DNA of 64,000 nt from positions 8,370,001 to 8,434,000 of the forward strand of contig CM068761.1 of assembly GCA_035084275.1 (NCBI GenBank), in the 5' to 3' direction. The position numbers and the translations under genes were made by a program. Shown here piece by piece: positions 12,364-22,582 of this stretch (position 1 is its first letter; the number at the start of each line of letters is the position of its first letter). The notes below the pieces were generated by a model. The model did no database searches, was not told the DNA's origin, and saw only the letters and a list, made by a program, of their open reading frames with translations. The stretch is from Hydrolagus colliei. Its lineage: Eukaryota.

Positions 12364-14333
12364 TCTCCCCCCCAAGTACAGACAGGTGTACTTTAAGATC
12401 ACTTAAAAATTAAGACGATCAGGAGGTTTCACTGCACGTCCAGAACAGCTGGTGGCCTTCTAATACTCGGTGTTTGTGACAATGATGGAGACGGTGAAAA
12501 CTTCTGAGGTGAAGTTGCGGTCTGTTCTGTTACATCAGTAGGTGTAGTTGGTGCAGGTTCCAGTAGTGGTTTTTTAGGTGGTGTTTTAACCAGGACTGAT
12601 CGGTTTCGTCAAACTGTACCGGGACTGGTTTGTATGATGTAGGATCGTGGGTTGGAAGTTTGTTTGAGGACAGTTCCGTGGCGGTCCTGGTCTCGGATCC
12701 AAACAGAGTCGCCGGGATGAAGTTCTGGCAAATCTCTACCGCGGTGACGAAGGTTGAAGTTTTGTTGCTGGTTTGTGCAATATACCTCTTCTTTCTGTCA
12801 GATCTTCTGTTCGGATTGAACCTTTGGTTGAAGGCTTGATGGAAGAATAGGCAATGTTGTTTTAAATTTCCTGCTCACTTGGTGACAGCCCATTCTGGAG
12901 AGGAGACGCTCTGTATGTCAGGAGGGCAAGATAGGGATCTTCATTCTTTTTGAGTAGCCCTTTCATTGTACGAACTGTTCTCTCAGCTTCGCCGTTTGCC
13001 TGTGGGTACCTTGGCAAACTGGTGTTGTGTACGAATCCGTACTTCTCAGCGAACTGGAGGAATGAGGCTGAATTAAATTGCGGCCCATTGTCAGAGACCA
13101 CCAAGTCTGGGATCCCGTGGACGGCAAAGATTTCTTTCAGTGCTCTGATAACGGTTGCTGAGGTTTGGGATTTTATTTCTATCCAGCGGGAGTAGTAGTC
13201 GACGACGATGAGAAAAATCTTCCCTTAATATTCAAATAAATCCAACCCCAGCCTTTCCCACAGATGTGATGGGAATGATGCTGGCAAGAGAGGCTCGCGT
13301 TGTTCTGGTTGGTGTTTGGCACAAGTCAAACATTTAGAAATAATTTATTCTTAAGTCTTGGAGAGACCTGGCCACCAAACAGGTGTACGTGCTCTGGCTT
13401 GGCATTTGGTGATTCCCTGATGGCCTTGATGGATGCAGTCAAGCATTTCTAATCTCATGGTTCTGGGAATGACAATGCGGTCGTCATAAAGAAGAAGATT
13501 GTTGAGGACAGAGAGATGACTTTTACTTTCCCAGTACTGGTGAAGTAGTGGTGTGTGTGGTATGTAAGCAGGACATTGTTGACTTGAATGGCGTTGTCTC
13601 CCACACCATTGACAATAATCGGCCTTGGAATCTCGCGTTTGCTGCACTAGTTTGCTCGACTTTAAGCTGTTGTTGTTGGATGGAGTTTTGCGTTTAGTGA
13701 CATGATGGATGCTAGTGGATCTGATGTCACCACGGACTATGTCATGGCTGTCATATCTTGCCTCAGACTGTCGGCATATATGGACCGCTTTGTCAAGCGT
13801 GAGGTCCGCTTGGGTCTGACAATTTTTCATCCAGCACTCCAACAACATTTCTGTCACTGATCAAGCTGTCCTTGAGCTCGCCATATTGACAGTTATCCGC
13901 TAGTCAAAACAAATCTTGTATAAAACATCAATGGATTCGCCTGGCACTTGTTTTTGCCTGTTAAACCGAGCCCTCTCCACGATCACATTTCATTTGCCTT
14001 CATAATGTTCAGCTAGTGCTTCTATAACTTCATCATATGTTGCAGTTTTCTCATCTATTCTGAGAGTGATTATAATATTATCAGCGCAATCTCCCATGGA
14101 AAATAGAAGTGTGCTCACCTGTTTTATATCTTCTTTTTCATTGAGACCTGAGGCAATGTGATAGCATTCAAAATGATTGATCCATTTAAGCTACAATTCA
14201 CATTGGTCTGGTCCATTTCCACCCTCAAACTTGCCTGTCAAATTAATCTGGGTTGACAGATGTGTAGCCATGTTGTGGGTTTAACATTTGGAGCACTGCC
14301 ACCATATTATATTCGAGATATAAAAGAGAGACC
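12194..14333 (-). mobile_element. Internally deleted, degenerate Gypsy-type LTR retrotransposon
   Basis: PBS TGGTGGCAGTG (14294-14304), gag start at 14271 (KWINHFECYHIASGL..QVSTLL), zinc knuckle [14 protein letters not shown], integrase [21 protein letters not shown] and VSDNGPQF..PRYPQANGEAERTV, PPT 12364-12373. Confidence 0.85.
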
Positions 14334-14659
14334 ATTGGTGTCAGAAGTGGAATTTTTCAGTGGTGTAACAGAATGGGTGGACAAGGGCAGCGCAGTTGAT
14401 ATAGTTTACATGGACTTTCAAAAGGCATTTGACAAAGTGCCGCATGAGAAGCTTATTAGGAAGCCTCCAATACTGTGACATTGGCTGCATTTTCTTCTCT
14501 TGTGAAGACAGAGGCAAAGTACTCATTCAGTACATCAGCCATGCTCTCTGCCTCCGCAATAAAATTTCCTCCTTGGTCCCTTATTGGCGGCACCCTACCC
14601 TTGACCAATCTTTTACCCTTGGGTAGGAGGACATAATAGATAGGAATATATTAAGGCAT

Positions 14660-16371
14660 TAATATCTGTCTTTGCACCTGTCTTCGCAACGGAAATGGAT
14701 GCCCCAAATACCACAGTATTGGATGAGAGGGTACAGGAAATAGATCAGATTACTATAGGCAGAGAGGAAGTTCTGAAAAGATTGACTGGCTCAAAATTGA
14801 TAAGTCACCAGGACCAGAGGTTGCTGTGGGAGATACGGGTTCAAATAGCTGAGGCTCTGGCCATTATATTTCAATCTTCATTGGACACAGGAATGATGCC
14901 AAGAGACTGGAGAGTGGCTAATGTTACCCCCTCTACAAAAAGGGGCAGTAAAACAAACCCGGAAATTGCAGGCCAGTCAGCCTTACTTCGGTAATAGGAA
15001 AACTACTGGAGACCATAATCTGGTAAAGAATAAATCTCTACTTAGAGGAACACAAAGTAATTAGAGACAGCCAACATGGATTTGTTAAAGGCAAATCTTG
15101 GCTAACAAATCTAAAATAATTTTTTGAAGAGGTGACTGCGAGGGTTGATGAGGGAAATGCGGTGGAAGTTATTTACATGGATTTCAAAAAGGCTTTGGCA
15201 CTGTACCACATAAGAGATTAATAAAAAACATTAGAGACCCATGGTATTAAGATCCAGTTTGGATTAAGAATTGGCTGAGTGACAGAAAGCAGAGGATGGT
15301 GGTTAATGGGTGTTTCTCGAAATGGAAGGAGGTGTGCAGCGGTGTCCCCCAAAGATTGGTATTGGGACCACTGCTCTTTCTAATATATACTAATGATCTG
15401 GACTTGGGCATAGAGAGCACTATTTCGAAGTTTGCAGATGTTACGTAGTTAAGCAAGGTAATAAATAATGAGGAGGACTGTAACCAACTGCAAGCAGACA
15501 TACACAGAATGGTGGAATGGGCTGACATGTGGCAGATGGATTTCAATGTGGATAAGTGTGAAGTGATACACTTAGGTAGGAAAAATGATAGGAGGCAATA
15601 TAGACTTGGTAGCTCAATCATAAGGGCGTGAACGTACAGAGAGATCTGGGAGTTCAAGTAAGTGAATTATTAAAGGTAGCAGGGCAGGTAGATAAGGCAG
15701 CAAAAAAAGGCATTTGGTGTACTGAGCCTTATTGGTAGGGGCATAGAGTATAAAAGTAGGGAGGTTATGGTTAATCTATACAAAACACTGGTTAGGCCTC
15801 AGCTGGAGTACTGTGTTCAGTTCTGGGCACCTTACTTCAGGAAGGACATTAAGGCACTGGAAAGGGTGCAGAGGAGATTCATGGGAATGATACCAGGAAT
15901 GGGGAACCTTAGCTATGAGGACAGGCTGGAGAAGTTAGGACTTTTCCCATTAGAGCAGAGAAGGTTACCCGGGGACCTGATAGAGGTCTTCATGATCATG
16001 AAAGGTTTTTACAGGCTAGATAGAAAAAAGCTGTTCCGCTGGTAGGTGTGTCTGTGACCTATGGTCACAGTCTTAAGATATCTACCAAAAGAAGCAGAGG
16101 GGAGGTTAGAAGAAATTATTTACTCAGCGAGTTGCTCGAATTTGAATGATCTGCCTGAAAGGGTAGTGAGGTCTGATTCGATAGCAGCTTTTAAGAGAGA
16201 ACTAGATAGGTATCTGGGGAAGACGGGTTTGTAGGTGATTGGGGTTAAAGCTGGTGATTGGGGTTATTGAAAGTGACTTGCTCGGTCAAAGAGCCGGCAC
16301 AGACTCAATGGGCTGAATGGCCTCCTTCTGTGCTTTAACATTCTACGATTCTATAATTCTATGATTCTATG
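14660..16371 (+). mobile_element. Older CR1 LINE, 5'-truncated and degenerate
   Basis: RT-region fragments (ORFs 14695-14994, 15767-16045); (ATTCTATG)n-type tail at 16341-16371. Confidence 0.9.
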
Positions 16372-17744
16372 AATATATTTGTGGGTGACTAAGTACCTTG
16401 AATTTGATTCACTGGAGCCTGGCGAGGACCGGTTGATGGAAATATGGAGTTTAGTGCAGAAGAGTTGAAGTTTATGGATGGTGGGTTTTGCGAGACCAGT
16501 GAGGAGTATGTTAAAAAAAACAATCTAGCTTGGTGGGGATGGCTAAGAGGTTCTGGAACAGTTACAGTTGAGCTAAGTAATGTGATGATAATAATAATAA
16601 TCCTTGCATTTGGTATAGTGCTTTTCACGTCTTCTAGACATCTCAAAGTGCTTCACAGAATGTACCATAAAGTGAATTAACTGTATATTTGTGGGTGGTA
16701 AAGAATATTTGATGGAGGTAAAGAACAGTAGTCTTAGTCTTGGATTTAGTCAGAGTCTGGATGTGAGGGAGTAAAGAGAACTGAGGATCGAGCCAGACTT
16801 CAAGATTTTGCATGAGTTTGATGAGTTTGAAAGTGTGGCCAGGGAGTTTGAAGAAGTCAGGGCTAGAGGAAAGATAGCACTGGCATGAACCAAGGAAGCT
16901 GGTTTCTGTCTGAGTAAATATCATCTAACTAAACATAATTTCATTTTAGCTCATTGATGGATGTCCAAGTCTTGATGGATGTCAAGGATGTGGACAGTAG
17001 ATCTGGAATCAAGAATGGAAGTGGAGAAATAGATTTTGATTTTTAGATTTAGTTTCCATCTCTAACAGAGAACATATAGATGAGGAAGAGGATAGGGCTA
17101 AGTCGAACCACAAAGCTTATTGAGTGAGAATGGAGGGAGAAACCATTGGAGGAAATAAAGTGGAAGCAATAGGTCAGGTACTACAAGAACCAGTAAGACA
17201 CATTTCCATAGAGGTCGATAGAGAGATGATCAAGAAGGTACAGCAGACAGAAGGGAGAGAGTCCTGTTTGCAGAGAGATTATATCATTGATGGCCTTGAC
17301 AAAAGCTGAATCACTGCTGTCGGTATAGTGGAGGTAGGAAGTGCAGGGAAGGGTGGAAGCTGAGTTGAATGCAACAATGCTTTCCAAGACTTTGGACAAG
17401 GAGGGTAGATTGCAGATGGGCTGCTATTTGGAGTGTATGAAAGGATAAAGGAATGTTTTTGTTTAGATGGCCAGGTTGATGATAGGTTTTTGAAGGGCAG
17501 GGGGAGAGCATCAGAAACTAGAGAACTTGTGAAATGTCCTAATTTTCAAATTTATCTAGTCTGCCTAGCCCTGTATTCTCACCTGCACCAAATTCTGCAC
17601 ATCCATGGTTCCATTCCTCCCAATAAACTGACCGACCGACCGACCGACCGATCAAGGCACTGGACAGTTAGGTAGGAACAAGAGCAGGCGGCGAAGGGGT
17701 TGGGGCAGGATGAAGAAGAGTAGGAAAATTGACTGTATGTTTGT

Positions 17745-19085
17745 GGGCAAAATACAGCAGCAAGATTATGATGCTATTGCGAGTTCCACACTCTGGAACT
17801 CCATCCCACAGTCGATTCGCCTCGCTCCCTCCCTCGCCTCCTTCAAGGCCAGTCTCAAGACCCTCCTCTTCGTCCATGCTTTCTGCTGCCCTCCCAATTT
17901 TCTCACTCCCCTCATAACTCTCTCCTGCCCCTTCCCCCTATCCTGCCTCACCCCCTTGCGCGGGTTCCGACCTGATTGTTCAGCACTTTGGGACATCCTC
18001 CTGATGTGAAAGGCGCTTTATAAATGTAATTTTGTTGGTGTGTTGTTGGCACCATTCCCAACTATGTAAAAACACCCATCCTCAACCCCCAAAAACCTAC
18101 CCTAGACCCATCCATGCTCTCCATCTACTGTCCCATCCACAATCTGCCTTTCCATTCCAAGGTCCTGGAATGAGTTGCTGCTTCCCAGCTTCACCCCGTC
18201 TTCTCCTGCGACTCCCTGTATGATCCCCTTCAATTGGGTTTATGTGCTGCCCACAGTAGCAAAACAGCCTTGGTCAAAGTGAAAATTACATTTTGTCCAT
18301 CTGTGACCACAATTCCCTCTGTTTTCTTGTCTTTCTTGATGCTGCCTTCAAAACTATCCACTACCTCTTCTTTCAGCTCAACCTTCCTGGCCCTATCCTT
18401 ATCTGGTTCAAATCTTACCTCTTGTACTGTTTCCTCTTTGTTTCCATAAATGGCTGGCTTCTCCTCCAGCCTCTGCAACATCTCATGTGGTATTCCTTGG
18501 GGCTCAATCTTTAGTCCTCTCAGTTTCAGTATCTACATATGTCATCCCGACCTCAAAGGTGCTCTGTAAATGTTATTTTGTTGTGTTGTTGTACATGCTC
18601 TATCTTGGTAATTTCATCTGTAGATATGTGGACAACTTCCATATATATGTGGATGAAACCCAATTACCCCTAACCTCACTTGGCTATGTTGGCTCCCCAT
18701 CCTCCAGAGTATCAAAGTCTTCAAAGCCTACCCAGCCTTGCTCCATCCTACCTCTCTGAACTGCTAACTCCACATTGACTTGCGCACTCTGTTCAGTAAA
18801 GGCTTTGGCCTGCTCCATATCCCCGCCTGGCTGACCCCACCATCAGAATCAGGCCTTCAGCCTCTCTGCCCCAACCTTCATAATTCCATCCTACACTCCA
18901 TTTGCATTGCTCCCTCCACTGCCTTCATCAAGGCTCATTTCAAGAACCTCCTCATGACTGTGTCTTTTGCTTCCCTCATTTTGCTATCCTCCATGCCCTC
19001 CATCCCAGCTGTGTTCCAAATCTCTAGCTGTCCAATGCTGGATGTCCTGTCAACATGGAAATATAAATATAATTTGTTGTTGTTG
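17745..19085 (+). mobile_element. L2 LINE fragments (two or more pieces)
   Basis: TLWNSIPQSIRLAPSLASFKASLKT; HSSKTALVKV..VFL; two L2-type tails at ~18000-18040 and ~19050-19085. Confidence 0.65.
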
Positions 19086-19274
19086 TTTTCATTGTAAACC
19101 ACTTCAAGACACCATTGTACATGAAGTCCGCTCTACAACAACAACAACTTTGATTTATATAGCGCCCTGTATCCCGGACGGCATCTCAGAGTGTAAAAAT
19201 TGGATAAATCAGCATGATCTTCAATGCCCTGTTCAGAGCAAGGATTCCTTTTGGACAGTGGAACTCGGACGACG

Positions 19275-19282
19275 ATTTGCAT
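19275..19282 (+). promoter_or_regulatory. Ig octamer ATTTGCAT, cluster 1 promoter
   Basis: Exact octamer in light-chain orientation, 126 bp before leader ATG; present in all three V promoters. Confidence 0.9.
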
Positions 19283-19407
19283 AATTCATGAATTCAACTG
19301 GACTTGCATTACCTGATGGTTCATAAGGGGAAGTTTACAATCGAGCAGTAAAGTGGCTTTTGTCTGGAAAATCCCTCATCTCTCACATCTTCATCAAATT
19401 GTTCACA

Positions 19408-19456
19408 ATGGGCGATTGGCTCCGATTTCTGGCCGCTTTGCTCCTGTGTCTACATG
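19408..19456 (+). CDS. IGL: Ig lambda/type II light chain cluster 1, leader exon (MGDWLRFLAALLLCLH)
   Basis: ATG, hydrophobic signal peptide, phase-1 donor G|GTAAG; acceptor CTCCAG at 19577-19582. Confidence 0.93.
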
Positions 19457-19582
19457 GTAAGCGCTGCGGAATCCGCACTGATCTCAATTAGCTTCACTTT
19501 GTACAGTTAGTTCTACAGTGTGACCTCTCTACAGTGTGACCTATCTACAGTGTGACTTATCTGTGACTTGTTATTTCTCCAG

Positions 19583-19912
19583 GAACAACCGCAGCTGTTA
19601 CCCTGACTCAGCCACCGTCCATCTCAACCTCCCCGGGAAACACCGTCAAGATCACCTGTACCATGTCCGGAGGCAGCATCGGCGGCTACGGCACGAGCTG
19701 GTACCAGCAGAAGCCTGGCAGCGCCCCTGTGTTTGTTTGGTATGGGAGCTCCACCAGAGGTCAGGGGATTCCTGATCGATTCACTGGTTCTGTGGACTCA
19801 ACGAGCAGCTCCATGCATTTAACCATCAGCGGTGTGCAGCCGGAGGACGTCGCCGATTACTACTGTTATGTGAATCGTGTCTTCGGTAAAGGGACCAAGC
19901 TGAGTTTGGGAA
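19583..19912 (+). CDS. IGL: Cluster 1 germline-joined VJ exon (CDR3 YVNRV)
   Basis: VTLTQPPS..KITC..WYQQKPG..GIPDRFTGS..EDVADYYC-YVNRV-FGKGTKL in one open frame, donor A|GTAAGT; no RSS between V and J. Confidence 0.95.
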
Positions 19913-20459
19913 GTAAGTGATGTTTCACATAGTACACTTTAAGTTTTAGTGGATCGATTTTTTAACGTTCAGTGTTTGTCTTCTTTTTTTTAGGTTTGTT
20001 TGAGTTTAAAGTTGCTTTGTGTTAGGTTTCGAAGTATTTTCAAAAATCAGATCATCTCTAAGTGAAATTGTAAATTTTTTTCAATGTTAAGTATTGCAAA
20101 GTTCACAAAACCAACGAACAATGAAGAAGAATTGATTTTATCCAAATATGGTTCCGGTGATAAGCTTTTATATTAAACTTTGTCGATTGAAAGCCTTAGA
20201 ATGCATGTCTACAGTGCAGAGACTCCAGTAAACAATGAGCTATAACAGGGAAAAGAAGAAAATATTTCATAGTTGCGATCCAAGATCTTCCTGATTAATT
20301 CGTTAATTTTTTTTGCATTCAAATTTTATTTGAGGTTTGTAAGTTTGCATTTGGTGATATTTTAAGAAACTTCAGCACAAGAAGATAAACAGCAGCCTTC
20401 ACTTGCTGGATCTCCTTGAGCTCTCAAGGGCAGTGCTGTTGACCAACTGGTGAATCGTC

Positions 20460-20800
20460 CGACTCTAAAAGGGAACAGAATAATAATTCTTGTATTTGAT
20501 GTACTGCCTTAGCGCATGGAAGTAAATTAGCTCTATATTCTGTGGATGAAATGTGGCAATCAATTGCGCACAGCAGTTTCCCACAAATAGTCATGGATTG
20601 AGTGACCAAATTATTATTTTTTGAATGGACTATTACTACCAAAAAGCGATCTGCCAATCGACCATGAACTAGGTTCCTGCTGCTAGGTAAATAAAGGCGT
20701 ATGGAATAAGGAAACTTTCCCAACATTTCAGCCTGTAAGGAATCGAATCCACGTCTCTCCCTTGCGAGACGAGTGCTCTAAGCACTGAGCTAAAGGACCC
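20460..20800 (-). mobile_element. tRNA-derived SINE in cluster 1 J-C intron
   Basis: Minus-strand tRNA-like head (GCTCAGTGCTTAGAGCAC..GATTCGATTCC) plus the body shared with other SINE copies in the window. Confidence 0.7.
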
Positions 20801-21082
20801 CATCATAATGTAATAACGTGGAAATGTTTCCTGTGGGTGATTGAATATGGTGAGGATTGAAACGTTCTAGAGACACTTTTCGACTGGCAATGAGAGCGAG
20901 TCACTGGCAACAACTGAGGGATGAGTTTCTCTTACCAACAATTCACGTTAGATTCTGATCTTTAAAGTAATTGAAGTGCTATGATCGGCTCACTGAGCAT
21001 CGCTGTTAACGCGGTTTGATACAGTGCAACAAACCCCAGTTTTGCCATTTCCATCTTTAAATATTAAATATTTTACTTCCAG

Positions 21083-21126
21083 ACCCTCGCGGCCCTTCGG
21101 TGACTGTCCTTCAGCCGTCACGAGAT
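21083..21126 (+). pseudogene. Truncated C-exon 5' fragment with intact splice acceptor inside cluster 1 J-C intron
   Basis: TTTTACTTCCAG|AC CCT CGC GGC CCT TCG GTG ACT GTC CTT CAG CCG TCA CGA GAT = PRGPSVTVLQPSRD; compare C exons PRAPSVTVLPPSPD / PRGPSVTVLPPSPD. Confidence 0.9.
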
Positions 21127-22259
21127 GTACGCACCTTTTATTGCCAGCATTTATCTTCCGATTTCTAATTTTACAAACTTATTTGGTTCTCCCAATTCCG
21201 TGGTTGATGTCGCTAAGGGCAGCACCACTGGAGAGACTCAACAATATCATGGTTGGTCAGATGGGAATCATCGCTCATTAAAGACAAAGGTTGAGCGCCG
21301 GCTCAATCTGGTCAAAATACATTTTCTCCTTTGAAAATTAATTTGATTATTTCCCTCAGGCATCATATTAAAGGGATTCCGATTTGTGTGTTGTGTATTG
21401 TGATTTTGTATTGTGCGCTATTAGTTATGAATTAAAATCAGCAAATACGGTGCCAAATAAATTATTGTGAAATCGGAAGCTCCTCTCGGTAACAAATCAA
21501 AGATTGGATTCTGATTGTGCTCCTGAATTGTTTTTCAGTGCAGAGTGTTTGGTCAAAAGGAAAACATTTATTTTCTTCCCATTTTCAGGTTGTTACTCTC
21601 TATACAAACTCTATATAATTAATAATAATGTTTCATGAGCTTTCGATCAGCAGCTCCCGCCACATACTTCTTGTGACGCGATATTTAGTGTCTGGTGTTA
21701 TTTCTTATGATTGTAGTTATTAATTACATCAACACAGGAAAATTCGAACGCGTCTTCAGCACTGCAAAAAAACAGCATAACACCGTAATAAATGGTTCAT
21801 TTCAATACAGAACTGTTAGTGGGATACTGCTGTGCGCAATTGGCTGCCACGATCCACCCGAATATATACAGACAATTCACTTTACAGTATATTTGGGGAG
21901 CTTAGAGACGACTAGAAGACGTCAAGGGCACAAGACCAAATGGAACGATTCTTAATATTATTATTATTGTTGAGCTCTCAGCAGCAAAGTATTGATAGTA
22001 TAATAATGAACGGTGTGTGATGGTGTATGATGACCCCAACAGTCATTGTTCCCTTACAATGTTACACTTTGTCACCGTTGAAAAGTACCGTCTACAACTC
22101 TGTACAAGAAAATGTTTTAGCATTTACAGGAATGCGAAATACTGTATAGGATTATTTATTGGTCATCCTGGAGTTTTGTCCTGCTATTCAACAGACCGAT
22201 TGTATCTTAAAATGTTAAAAAACTGAATTTCAACTTTTTTATCCATATTTTTCTTCCAG

Positions 22260-22582
22260 ACGCACGGGCCCCTTCCGTGACTGTCCTGCGGCCGTCACCA
22301 GATCAAATCACAGCAAAGAGCAAGGCGACCCTGGTGTGTCTGGTGAATGATTTTATCCCGGGAGCTGTGGAGGTCAAGTGGACTGTGGATGGCAGTGCCA
22401 GAAATGAAGGTGTTGAAACGAGTGCGATCAAGCAGGAGGTGGACAACACGTACCGTGTGAGCAGTTATCTGACTCTGCCAGCCTCCGAGTGGGAGTCACA
22501 CGAGCTGTATTCCTGTCTGGTCACACACGAGACTCGGGAGACTCCGCTGGAAAAAACCATCGCCAGATCCAGTTGTATCTAA
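22260..22582 (+). CDS. IGL: Cluster 1 constant exon (C-lambda/type II)
   Basis: Acceptor TTCCAG, phase 1 in frame with VJ1; ATLVCLV..VEVKW..YRVSSYLTL..EW..YSCLVTH..SSCI*; AATAAA at 22638-22643. Confidence 0.95.

Noticed and set aside
17628-17652. (GACC)n tract
   Set aside because: Ordinary short tetranucleotide microsatellite
19283-19292. IgH-like heptamer (TTCATGA on minus strand) next to the octamer
   Set aside because: Present only in cluster 1; clusters 2 and 3 have TTATGA and TGTGA, so it is not conserved
22286-22288. C1 Pro->Arg change (VLRPS versus VLPPS) as an inactivating mutation
   Set aside because: Single substitution with all structural Cys and Trp intact; the effect cannot be judged from sequence
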